From: Hydrolagus colliei
Taxonomy: Eukaryota
Assembly (NCBI GenBank): GCA_035084275.1
Contig: CM068746.1
Coordinates: forward strand, 29,140,001 to 29,204,000
DNA length: 64,000 nucleotides
Direction of reading: 5' to 3'
In this document: positions 1 to 10,750 of the stretch, in pieces
Layout of the letters: every line of letters begins with the position of its first letter
Position numbering within the stretch: the first letter of the stretch is position 1
Made by a program: the position numbers and the translations under genes
Notes under the pieces: generated by a model
Seen by the model: only the letters and a program-made list of their open reading frames with translations
What the model was told of the DNA's origin: nothing
The model's database searches: none

Positions 1-507
1 AAAATAAGGAGCACGAGCCTGCACCACCATTCAATAAGATCATGGCTGATTTTCTAATCTAACCCTACCTGCCTTATCCCCATATCCCTTAACCCTTTTA
101 TCCATAAGAAACTACAAATAATAATGAACACTGCAATTAATTTATCATAAAGGCAGCTTGGGATAGATTTAACCCAGTAACCTAGTAGACTTATTGATGC
201 CATTCAAGAGAGATATATTTATTGCACCATCACGGTATTTCTCTTTGTTTAGCATACAATGTAAAACTCTTTCCCAAATACAAGAGCTAAAATGCTGCTT
301 GAAGTTCGCTGATCCCACCTGATCAGCAATGACTCACTCCATATATGAACAATATTGGAGGATATTGATGCATTATTTTTGTGGAGCTAACTTTCTCTTC
401 TCTCCTGAAGACATTTTGACTCTTTTGCCTTTTATTGGAGTAGTCAGATGGCTGACACACTGTATATACTGTGGTGCCTGGCACTTGTGGAGTCCCGCAG
501 CATAGTA

Positions 508-590
508 TGGTAAAAGCCCATTTATCCGGCACCCTCGGGACCTGGCCAATGCCGGTTAAAGCGCCTGCTGGATATTCGTCCAAAAATGCA
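508..590. mobile_element. Truncated left end of the same Tigger-like MITE
   Basis: gtaaaagcccatttatccggcaccctcgggacctggccaatgccggttaaagcgcctgctggatattcg closely matches 38519-38586; no right TIR found nearby. Confidence 0.8.
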
Positions 591-619
591 AATAAATAAA
601 TAAATAATGCAAAACATAA

Positions 620-1225
620 AATACTACAGATGCTGGGAATCTGAAACAAAAACAAAAGTTGCTGGGGAAACTCAGCAGGTCCGGCAGCATCCATGGAGAA
701 AGGAAAAAGAGTCAATGTTTCGGGTCTACAACCCTTTGTCAGAACTGGGGCTTGTTTGGAGAGAGAGGTTTCTTAAAGACGTTAAAGGGGGAGAGGCAGG
801 ACATGGAAGACAAAGGAGACAAAGAAGACAAAGGAAAAGGAAAAAAAGAGTGTGTTAACTGATGGGTTGAATATGTGTTAACGACTTCAGGGGGAGAAAC
901 AGAAGGGGGTGGGCTTAAACGAAACTGGGGAGAAGAGGTGTTTAGTGGTGATAGAATAAACAAACACTAGAGAGGTAAGGGGTGTCTGGAGTTATGATTG
1001 TGATGGGGGGGGGGGGGGGGGGGAAACTCCTATGGCCTGAAATGGCTGAAATCAATGTTGAGGCCAGACGGCTGTCTTGTCCCCTGTAGATAGATGAGAT
1101 GCTGTTCCTCAAGCTTTCGCTGTGGGTCACTGGAATAGCACAGGAGACCATGGATCTAAAGATCAGCCTCTGAATGTGAGCGCAAGTTGAAATGGAGGGA
1201 GACTGGAAGATCAGGGTTGACCTCT
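620..1225 (-). mobile_element. Penelope-like retroelement 3' fragment (GIY-YIG C-terminus plus pseudo-LTR region)
   Basis: Minus strand of ~1045-1217 reads PDLPVSLHFNLRSHSEADL*IHGLLCYSSDPQRKLEEQHLIYLQGTRQPSGLNIDF, typical of the Penelope endonuclease C-terminus. Downstream lies a CTGAC.AAGGGT..ACCCGAAAC hammerhead-like motif. Confidence 0.8.
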
Positions 1226-1838
1226 GTACAAAGCAAAGATGCTCTGGGATGCTACATCACATGAAGGGCATGATATAAATGCAAGTTGTTGGATTTCAAA
1301 TGCTTGGATTATTATTATTAACGTGATCTGCCATAATTGTTACCAGTTTCATCTCACTCATGAAGAAATAGTCAGTTGCACAGAGTAGAGGAAGGTGACA
1401 ATCATTGATGAAAATCTAAACAAATAAGTTGCTAACCTCAGGAAATAAAATTGGAGTGTGTAGAAAAATAAGAAATTCACCAAAAGCTTGCCACCAAATG
1501 TTTGGGACATAAGTGCATGCAACTGTCTGCCAGGAAGGGGGAAAATGAACTGGATGGGCCTTGGTCTTTTTTCAGCTACCATTTCTTAGGTTCTTAAAGA
1601 CCACTGCCTGAGTGGTCCTGCGCACAAGCTGGCAGCTCTCTTAGAACAATTGTGAGGAATCAGTCTTAAAGGTGGTGGGATCTCTGACAATTTTTCATGC
1701 TGAAATAACGTGGTCACTGTTATTTTAATGATACGAGCCGCGTGGATTGCTTTGCATTTAAAACAAAAGTGAATGGGTTCCTCACAAAGCATTTCCCCCA
1801 TACAGACATTAAAGCTGCCTTTCATCTTCTTCCTCCAG

Positions 1839-1909
1839 CTCCAACCGTGGCTCCATCTGATGTCGAAGGAGGGGGAGGAAACCACCGGGAACTCACAGTA
1901 ACATGGACG
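1839..1909 (+). CDS. CNTN1: Contactin-1 coding exon A (start of FNIII-2; gene continues upstream of window)
   Basis: cttcctccag|CT CCA ACC...TGG ACG|gtatgt; 71 nt, phase 1 to 0. Encodes (A)PTVAPSDVEGGGGNHRELTVTWT, cf. human CNTN1 APNVAPSDVGGGGGRNRELTITWA as recalled. Confidence 0.93.
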
Positions 1910-1941
1910 GTATGTTATGGCAACAAATGTAGTCTCCAAGG

Positions 1942-2244
1942 CAGTGGTTCCCAACCTCGGGCCCCGACCCAAATCAGGGTCGCAGGGGTCTTCAATAGGG
2001 TCGCGAAAGGTCATCAGATTTTTTTGTTGCTTTTTTTAATGCTGAAATTGCTTTTGTAATGCTGAAAAGTTCCCGAGGCGACAAAGCCGACCAATTTGTA
2101 TGAAAGACCGTACTTACGAGTTGCGCTGTCCACAAACGAAATGGAGGTATCGGCTCGGCTGAGCTTTGCTTCGGTTGCGATGTCGCCCCCTAAGGGTCAG
2201 GAGTAACTGTTGGTGGCTAATTTGGGTCGCAGTAGGAACCACTG
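1942..2244. mobile_element. Non-autonomous hAT (Charlie-like) MITE
   Basis: Ends CAGTGGTTCC...GGAACCACTG; 8-bp TSD CTCCAAGG (1934-1941) / CTCTAAGG (2245-2252); repeated subterminal GGGTCGC motifs. Confidence 0.88.
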
Positions 2245-4351
2245 CTCTAAGGGATGGTTTTCATTATTGCTTTCGTGATGGGTTTAGACCAGCAGTGTGC
2301 TTGCTTTCCGCACCGCTGCTGCCAAACACAGTTTCCAAGCAGGACTAAAGAGATTAGGAAGTGTGAATCTGCCTCACTTGTTAGCCGCAGCTGGTCTGCT
2401 CTTTGCTGTGATAGGTGATACAAGCTGGATAAAAATGCACGTGTTGTGTTTCAGACTTCAGTTTTGTATCAGATGTATCCATTCCCTTTCTGTGAGGATT
2501 TGGTTTCTCAGTGGATTCTTGTTGCAAATTGGAATCATTGACTTTTACAGCATAGAAGAAGAACATTCAGACTCATTGTGCCTGTGCCAGTTCCCTGAAT
2601 ATGTTGTGCATTCAGTACCTCTCCCCTGCTTGCTCCCCATACCCTTATAATTTACCTTTTCAAATATTTGTCAAATTCTCTAATAAATGTTAGATGAGTT
2701 TTCTCATGACAATTCAGTTCTTGACCTGACATAACATAGTACAAACATTTCATAATTAAGTTGGACGGGAAGTTGTCCGCCTGCTATTATACTGATACAA
2801 CATCAAGTATAATTCAGTCCTGTACACAACAGTATTTAGAGCAACTGTGCTCAGCTTCACCAGCTAACAAAATCCAACTGGATTGACTGATGTCAATTTG
2901 TTTGAGTTTTAATTTGTAAAGTTACATATTCTCTTGAAAATCTTTTGAATAATAAGATTTTGTCATTTTGCCGTGGTAGTTTTTAACATAATAAAAATCT
3001 GCTATCTCTTGTGTTATTTCCAGGTGTTTTAGATTCCTTTTATTTAGTCCAGTTTGTTTAATTTCCTAGACAGGTTCCAAGTATGATTGTTGAATTGTTA
3101 CATTTTGAAATGCTCTGGTTTCTTCCTTTTATTATCATGGATACTGTTTTGCTGGATGATTGAGTGTAAGGCTTTTTGTTGTTTGTACATTCGGCTGCCA
3201 ACCATTCATATAATTTATTCCTCGGTAGAAAGACATTTGTCCTGAGTCTTTAACCTTGGCAAATGTTAATCCATGACTCTGTTTAACTCCTGTGTCCCTC
3301 ACTCCATGACTGAACTGATTGAAACTGCTATTGGTGGATTTTGTTTATTGTGGATGCAAAAACATTTTGTTCAACTAAATGTTCTTGTATCAAAACTTGC
3401 TTTTTACTTGCTCATTTTAAATGCATTAAATGACACAAAATCGTCCATGAATGAAGCACACTACCTTTGCTCAATTGTGCTGCAGACTGTAAAAAAACAC
3501 TCAGGGAACCACAAGGAATGGCTGTGTTATCCAGCAGCAGTGAGTTACAGGCACAAGCATCGAAGACATGAGGCAAAGAGCCTGCAGTTCGCCCTAGTTC
3601 ATGAGAGCTTCTTCAGTTCATAAAAATGACAATGTGCCACAAAATAAAGCCCACTGCAAAGAGATAGAAATGAGTGGGGAGAATAAAAGTTTTGGAAACT
3701 CATGTGTAATTGTTTGAGTGGATGCTAAAGCAGTGTAAAGTTGTTGTTTGACTGTATGAGTAGGAGCGTGGCTGCAGTGCAGTCATGAAAGATTGACTGG
3801 AAACCTTTTAGTTCCAGATGAGGTCATCACCATTGTTCAGGCTATTGCTGAGTGTGAAGTTACAGCTGAGGCTGTGATTTATCTTGGTCATGGATGTGTT
3901 CATAATGTACTGTTTGTCTGACACCTGGTGCCTGTAGTATCTTTGTGTGTGGGGTGGGGGGAGGGGGGGGGGGGGGGGGGGGAGTTTAGGAGACAGGACG
4001 GCAGATTATATGCTTTAGTGTGATAAGAAGTAATATCCATTTGGCTTTGAAACATTTTGGCAGCTTAAAATATATTCACGTTGTTCCAGGTCAGATTTAG
4101 CTGCCATCTAGATGTTATTAGTACCAGATGTGTGGTGTGTTTACATGTGCAGTGTGCTTTCTGTGACTGGAACAAAACCAATCAAAAACATAATTATAAT
4201 GGAATAAAGTTAATGCACATGGCAGATGAGTTCTGCTCCTTGATATAATTAGCTTCAAGTCAAGCCTAGCATTACTTTTTTAACTTACTGAGATGTTTCC
4301 AAATATTTTTGCTCAACATGCTTCAAAGCTAACCATTTTTCCTTCTTTCAG

Positions 4352-4586
4352 CCTTTGCCAAGAGAGTACCATTATGGAAGCAACTTTGGTTACATCGTTG
4401 CCTTTAAGCCAAGTGCAGAGAAGGAATGGAGAAAAGCAACAGTGTACGACCCTGACGCCAACCGATACGTTTACAGGGATGACTCAATGACCCGATACAC
4501 TCCATTTGAAGTGAAAGTCAAAGCTTTTAACAGCAGAGGAGATGGTCCATTTAGTCTGACAGCTATTATTTATTCAGCAGAGGATG
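4352..4586 (+). CDS. CNTN1: Contactin-1 coding exon B (FNIII-2)
   Basis: ccttctttcag|CCT TTG...GAG GAT G|gtaggt; 235 nt, phase 0 to 1. PLPREYHYGSNFGYIVAFKPSAEKEWRKATVYDPDANRYVYRDDSMTRYTPFEVKVKAFNSRGDGPFSLTAIIYSAED; REYHYGxNFGYIVAFKP is CNTN1-like. Confidence 0.95.
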
Positions 4587-5069
4587 GTAGGTATTGAAGC
4601 ACAATATCAGAAATGTTCCTATGTTTATTTAACCGACCAAGTATTGCTTTGTTTTCCTTCCAAATTGGGAAGGGGTGGGGAAGATTTTTTTGTTGGCCAT
4701 TGATATCTGGATCACAATGGCAAATAATCTCCCCCCCCCCCACCCCACATCAAATACTAAAGCTATGCTTGCACTGGTTGTTTTGGTTCACGATGAATGG
4801 TCAGGAATTTGGCAATGATTCACGGTGAAACAAAGATAGTAAATTGAGGTTGAGACATTACGGGAGGAGGTGGTGGTTTCAGGAACATTGTGGTTTGTCC
4901 TACTGTGGATCAATGCATCCTCATTCCTTTGCTCCATTGAATGAATAAATTAATGAATGATTAGAAACACAGCAGCCAATTCTGCATACGACAAAGTCCC
5001 ACAAATTGAAATTAATCTGGAGTTTTGCTGACCAAGTGAAAAGAAAATTCCTTTTCCTTAAAATGATCT

Positions 5070-5256
5070 TAAACCAATAATAAATTGATCATTTCAATCC
5101 ACGACTGTTTGTGGTATACTGTTATGCTCTATTGGCTCCTGCGTTTCACCCACAATATACAGTCAATTCAGTTTACAGTATATTCTGTGAAGTGCTTTGC
5201 AACATCTAGAAGAAATGAAAAGTGCTTTATCAAATGCAAGGATTATTATTATTATC
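5070..5256 (+). mobile_element. SINE 3' half
   Basis: atttcaatccacgactgtttgtgg...ctgtgaagtgctttg...caaatgcaaggattattattatt. Confidence 0.8.
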
Positions 5257-6443
5257 TTTAACCTGAGAACAGGAAAACCTCAGTCTTCAGACACTGTGTG
5301 TCTAATGGCAGTTCTTAAATGTTTCGGGGACCATTTTTAATATTATTAAAGAGTTGCTTGCATGATTGGCTCTTTAAATTGCATTACAAAACAACTCCCT
5401 AGTTTCAGTGTTCTGTGGCAATGACACCATCCTCCAGACAATGGTTTACTCCCCAGCTGAAAGATAAGATAGCATCTTAACATTTCCCTTTAAGTCTGTG
5501 CCAACTTTTGGGGTTCTTTCTCTCATCCTTAACTTTTTTTATTCACGGGGAGGATATTAACTCATGATTTGGCTGGTATGAAACTTTTGTGGCAATGCTT
5601 CCAGAATTGTAATGTGATAAGGTGCCAGAAAGTATTGCCGTACAATAGGTTTAAATGTCTCAGTATTTGGAGCACCTCAAAAGAATTCAGCAGTTCTAAT
5701 GGACAGCAATTGTGCACGCAAAGTTATAATAGGAAAACTCTGACAGAATAAATAACAAAGAAACACTACTTATGATCAAAAAGTTATGGTACAGCGTACT
5801 CAAGGGTGATGGCTCTCCTGGGGGCTTGGAGAATGACTGTAAGTTATTTGAGCTTTGCTGTGAAACTCTGTGATGTTATCGAAACCATCAATGCAGGACT
5901 TCTTTACAACACTCCTTGCCATCAGTTATGCTTAGTAACTATTTGATGATACAAAATAATTCACAACAATGCCTTGAGCCACAATTTATTGCCACTATTG
6001 TTTACCTACTATTAAAACATAATATTAATCCAATGTATTAACTCATGTTCATGACTCTTGATTAAGTCCATGTGCATTAGGCAAAATACTGTTCCCATCA
6101 TTGTACTTTGTGTGTGGAGAACTGGACTGAAATCTGAAAATGGAAAATAGGCCACATAGGAAAACAGATGGACCCTTAAAGAAAATATGGCCACTGCAAA
6201 CACTATTGTGGATTAATCAAACTGGAGAACAAATCTGTGCAATTATTAAAGAGTTGCTTGCGTGATTGTCTCCTTAAATTGCATCATCCTCCAGACAATG
6301 GTTAACTCTGAAAGACAAGTGACTGAATGTAACTGGGGGTGTTTATGGAGTTTCATTTTACTGACTAGCTTCAACCAACTAAGAAAAAAGTTTCAATTAC
6401 ATAGTTATTGCAGTGTTATTTGGATTTTTTTGATGCCATCAAA

Positions 6444-6725
6444 GTACTGTAGCTTAGAAGTTAGAGCACTTGCCTTACAAGCGAGAGACCTGGCAGGGTG
6501 GAATGTTGGTCAAGTTTCTTTACTCCACAAGCCTCAGTTTACCTACCAGTAAGCAGGAATCCAGTTGTTAGTCAATTGGCAGATCGTTTTTACGGTAGTA
6601 ATAATTCCTTCAAAAAATAATAATAAATTGGTCATTTGAATACATGACTATATATTCTGTGAAGCTCTTTGAAATGTCTAAAAGATATGAACAGAGCTAC
6701 TATCAAATGCAAGGATTATTATTAC
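6444..6725 (+). mobile_element. tRNA-derived SINE, diverged copy
   Basis: gtagcttagaagttagagcacttgccttacaagcgagagacc head; tcaaatgcaaggattattatt tail. Confidence 0.75.
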
Positions 6726-6728
6726 TTA

Positions 6729-8150
6729 GGCTCATGGAAAACTTCCGTTCGCAAAAACATTCAGATTTGCTGGGATGATTGTAAAACCAATGAGTTTGTT
6801 CTCTCAGAATCCAGTTGTACCAGTATTGAAGCTATGGTTATTGAAGCCCAATTTTGCTGGACTGGTCATGTGAGCTGAATGGATGACTCCAGACTTCCAA
6901 AACAGCTACTATTTTCTGAACTGTGTTAGTGGCCAGCAAAAGAGATACAGTAAAAGCCAGTTTATCCAGCACTCTCAGGACCTGGCCAATGCCAGTTAAA
7001 CCATGTACCAGATATTTGGGCACCAGCTGCCAAAAACCCAACACAAAAAAATAAGTTAATGCCAATACCATATTAATAATAGACTAAATAATAACAGAAT
7101 ATTGTATGGATACTTACCAATAAAGCAATAAATATCAATTACAGTCTATAAACACAGTACACATCACAAAGCAAGCGTCTACAATGGCGGACAGAAGAGT
7201 TTTTTTCTTAAAGGGGCATGCTCAGTTTTTCTTGTTTTCCACTTTCTATCTTTCTCTCCATTCTTCCCCCTCTCTCTCTTTTACACACACACTTAGTCAG
7301 TCTGGCATCTCAATGGCTCTAAACAATCCCACTCCACTCTCCCCCCCCCCCCCCCCCCCCTTTCCCTCTCTCTCCCTGCCTCTCTCCTTCTCCTACCCCA
7401 ACCCCTACCAAAACAGTGTATAAACCCATGATACCATCAGGCCACACAGGCAATGTAGTATGCATCAGAGAGAGAGGGAAAGGAAGAAAGGGGAAGAGAT
7501 AGAAGGAGAGAGGGAGAGATAGAAAGGAAGGAAGGAGAGGAAGAGAGAGAAAGAAAAAGAAGGAGAGAGAGAAAAAGGAGAGGGAGAGGAAAAACAGTGC
7601 CCGTTTAAGAAGAAAAACAGGAAGTGCCACTACTGGCAGCATTCAGAACTAATGATACTGTACTCTCGTGCAATAATCGACTCATTAAATGCGCCACTGT
7701 GATTGTGCCGCCTAAGATCCAGTTAATCGAATGGGGACCTTTTTTTTAGGTGCCAGTTATACGGACGTTACGGTTAATCGGGTCACGGATAAACAGGCTT
7801 TTACTGTGGAATGATTCTTCCAACCTGAAGAAATGTGATATTGCCACTAATTCATGGGAAGAAACCAGCAAAGACTGCAGACTTTGCAATTCATATGTAG
7901 TTAGGGAGCTATTGATTTTGAACAAGTAGAAGACAAATGTAGACAGAAGAAGGAGCTGCAGTCTGAGCTGAAGTCTGCTGCAACCACATCATCCACTGGG
8001 TCATCTCTCATCTATTACATTTGTGGTAAAATCTGTCTCGCTAAGATTGCTCTACAAAGCCACCAAATGCCCATCGAGGCCAATCTTAATACTCAAATCT
8101 TTTTTTTAAAAGCCGAAGAACATTCTTGCTCAATTATCAAGGCATTGCCT
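6729..8150 (+). mobile_element. RTE-clade LINE 3' fragment, interrupted by the Tigger-like element
   Basis: IQICWDDCKTNEFVL..SIEAMVIEAQFCWTGHVS*MDDSRLPKQLLFSEL..GQQKRY before the insertion; NLKKCDIATNSWEE and terminal Zn-finger-like ICGKICLAKIALQSHQ after it. Confidence 0.8.
6948..7806. mobile_element. Tc1/mariner (pogo/Tigger-like) non-autonomous element
   Basis: TA|CAGTAAAAGCCAGTTTATCC...GGATAAACAGGCTTTTACTG|TG: ~20-bp TIRs, TA target (right copy mutated); low-complexity CT/GA interior. Confidence 0.85.
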
Positions 8151-9228
8151 ACTTTTATTTGTACAGTAGCTGCAAATCAGGGAAATGGTCATTCAAGCTT
8201 TAGGTGAGGGACATGGGGAAAAACAAATCATGTGAGCAAATTCTGCACAAAACTAAGTGAGTAAGAAAGATAACATTAAATCACTGTCATTGAAGATAAT
8301 TAAAGAACTATGCATAATGAGTGTGTCCCACTTTATAGCTTCTTCCATCAAACAATTGCTCTAATAATGTGGAGTGTCCATATCTGGATTGGTGGGGAGA
8401 GTTCAAGATATATTAAGTAGCACTGAATGACATTTGATCCGTTTTCCGTGCTGCACAATATATAGCCTAGAGGAATGCATTTGGAAAATGGATTCAATTT
8501 TGTCAGCCGCCCTGTTGGCAAAGCATACCGCCTTGCAGTCTCTGGAAAATGTGGAGGCACCAAATTGGTCACAACAGAGGAATGTGGTTGTAGATGTGTC
8601 ACAGCTGGAAGGAAACATGATGTGACATCAGGATAGATCTGAAATGATATAGGGCCATCTCAATACAACATGATCACCTAGATCCTGTACCTTACAGATA
8701 CCAGCGACACTTCCTGTGGAATGCATGCACCTACATAATGCACAGAGAGTGGCGTCACCACCAACCCAGAAGTTTGACACTTTTTAGCATATGAAACCAG
8801 CACCAGAATTCTTCTGGTTGGATTAGGTCCACGGTAGATCCACCCTTTAAGAGAACCTCTGCTCAACTGAGGTGACACTTCATTAAGGAAAGGAGATAAA
8901 TGCTGTGGAGAAGGTGCAGCATTATGGATTTCCCTTTCCAAAGGGAAGAATCATAAATAACTTATTTGCGCCTCCTCTTAAATTCCTCTCATCCAAGGCA
9001 CATAACACCAGTTTACTCAGCCTTTCATCATAGATACTAATTTAGTGAACAGCTGCTGGACACCCTTATTGACTTGCTAAATTTGTGTGTTCAAAGTTAA
9101 ACACATAGCTCCAAATTAGGTTATTGATATAAAAGATGAAAAACATAACACTTGAAAATAATTTTTTTTGATCTGGTCAAAGTGCAGATGAATAAGGAAG
9201 AAGCATAAATCACTGAATAACTCTACAT

Positions 9229-9350
9229 AACAATAATAATCCTTGCATTTGATATAGTGCTTTATGACATCTTCAAAACGTCTCATAGAATATACTGTAA
9301 AGGAATTGACTGTATATTTTATGGGAGGAATGCACCAGCCATTTGCCACA
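9229..9350 (-). mobile_element. SINE 3' tail fragment
   Basis: aataataatccttgcatttgatatagtgc...gaatatactgtaaagg. Confidence 0.75.
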
Positions 9351-10646
9351 TCTATTTTTTTTGGTCATTAGCCTATATTTTGAGAGTTTTGACATTGATA
9401 GAGAAGATTGTACGGGCTGCTGAATTGACACAATCCCACCTTCCATTCCTAATGTAGGCATCCTGTATATTCACATGATGTGCATACATGTATTCCAAAT
9501 CGCTGTTTTCTGTGTCTGATTTAATAAACAATGTTAATAAACATTCATACGCAAGGGAAGGTTTTGTTATCTATAAGTTATCAGCTGTCACTGAAAGATG
9601 GTTTTATTTTTCACCACTGCTTTGTAGGAGTTACTGTTTTTCTAAGATGCTTTTGTTAACTGATGAACGTTTCACAAGACCAATTTATGGACTCCATGTC
9701 TCAATTTACTCAGACAATCCTTGGAGGAGAAGGTAAACAAGGTCTCCTGGGGCTTGATTTGTTTTCAAGTTGATGTGCTTGGTAATAAAATATTGGATTT
9801 GAGCCAACCCTCCAAAGCAGTTTTGGTAGGCTCGATCCTGAATCAGGCAAGTCCATAAGGCTGATCAGTCAGCCTGGCTCCTCAGCAAGACTTGGAGCAA
9901 CAGACCAGGAGTAGGGATGCTTCTTTTTTGGCTCCTGTTAACCGTGTAAGTCAAAGACCTAATGAATAATGTCTTAACTGGCAGGTAGTGGGAAGCTTGA
10001 CAACAAAGGTTTCAAGGCAACTACAGTATATGGTGTTGTCTGTTTTAACGGCCTACCATACATCTTCCTGATCAGGAATGCACTTCTACCACATATTCTG
10101 CCATTATCCCGAGGCTTGGCTTCTTGTTTAAATAATTGATAGCAGGATCCTTACTCTCACTTTTATGCCCTCGTACCAATCCACCACCACCGCCAATCTG
10201 CTGATACCCCACTCCTCTAGCTGCCACCGTTGTTCAGCTGGCTCAGGTTTTATGCAATGAATGAAGGAACTGACTGAGATCATTAACCAGAGGAATATTT
10301 ACTGTGTGGTGTACTCTATCCATTCTTTATAGTCCGTGTAATGTTGCACAGTTTCAAATATTACTGTCACTGGGAATTCAAATGCGTTTGTATGTGCAGT
10401 TTGGGGACTTAAAAGTGGGGAGCTCAAAAACAGTTTGTCACAAAGAAGACATTCAATGTAGAGGTGCAGTGTAAAATTAATACCAATTCACACGAAGTGG
10501 TGGCAGGGCTATAGCTAAGTGCATTTCTTGATAGTATTTCCTCCTATCATAATCGGCAACGTCATGTCAGTCAAAAGAAGCAAATTGTAACTGTTCATTC
10601 TGGTTAAACAGAAATCAATTAATCCAGATTCTTGTTATTTCATCAG

Positions 10647-10750
10647 AGCCGTTTGAAGCCCCTCCCCGAGTGGATGCCCGAAGCATATCATCCACAGAAA
10701 TTGAAGTGGCGTGGCATGCTGTCTCCTCTCAGTCAGTGGATGGTTACGAA
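10647..10750 (+). CDS. CNTN1: Contactin-1 coding exon C (start of FNIII-3); not in the ORF track
   Basis: ttatttcatcag|AG CCG TTT...TAC GAA|gtaagt; 104 nt, phase 1 to 0. (E)PFEAPPRVDARSISSTEIEVAWHAVSSQSVDGYE; phases match both neighbouring exons. Confidence 0.92.
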
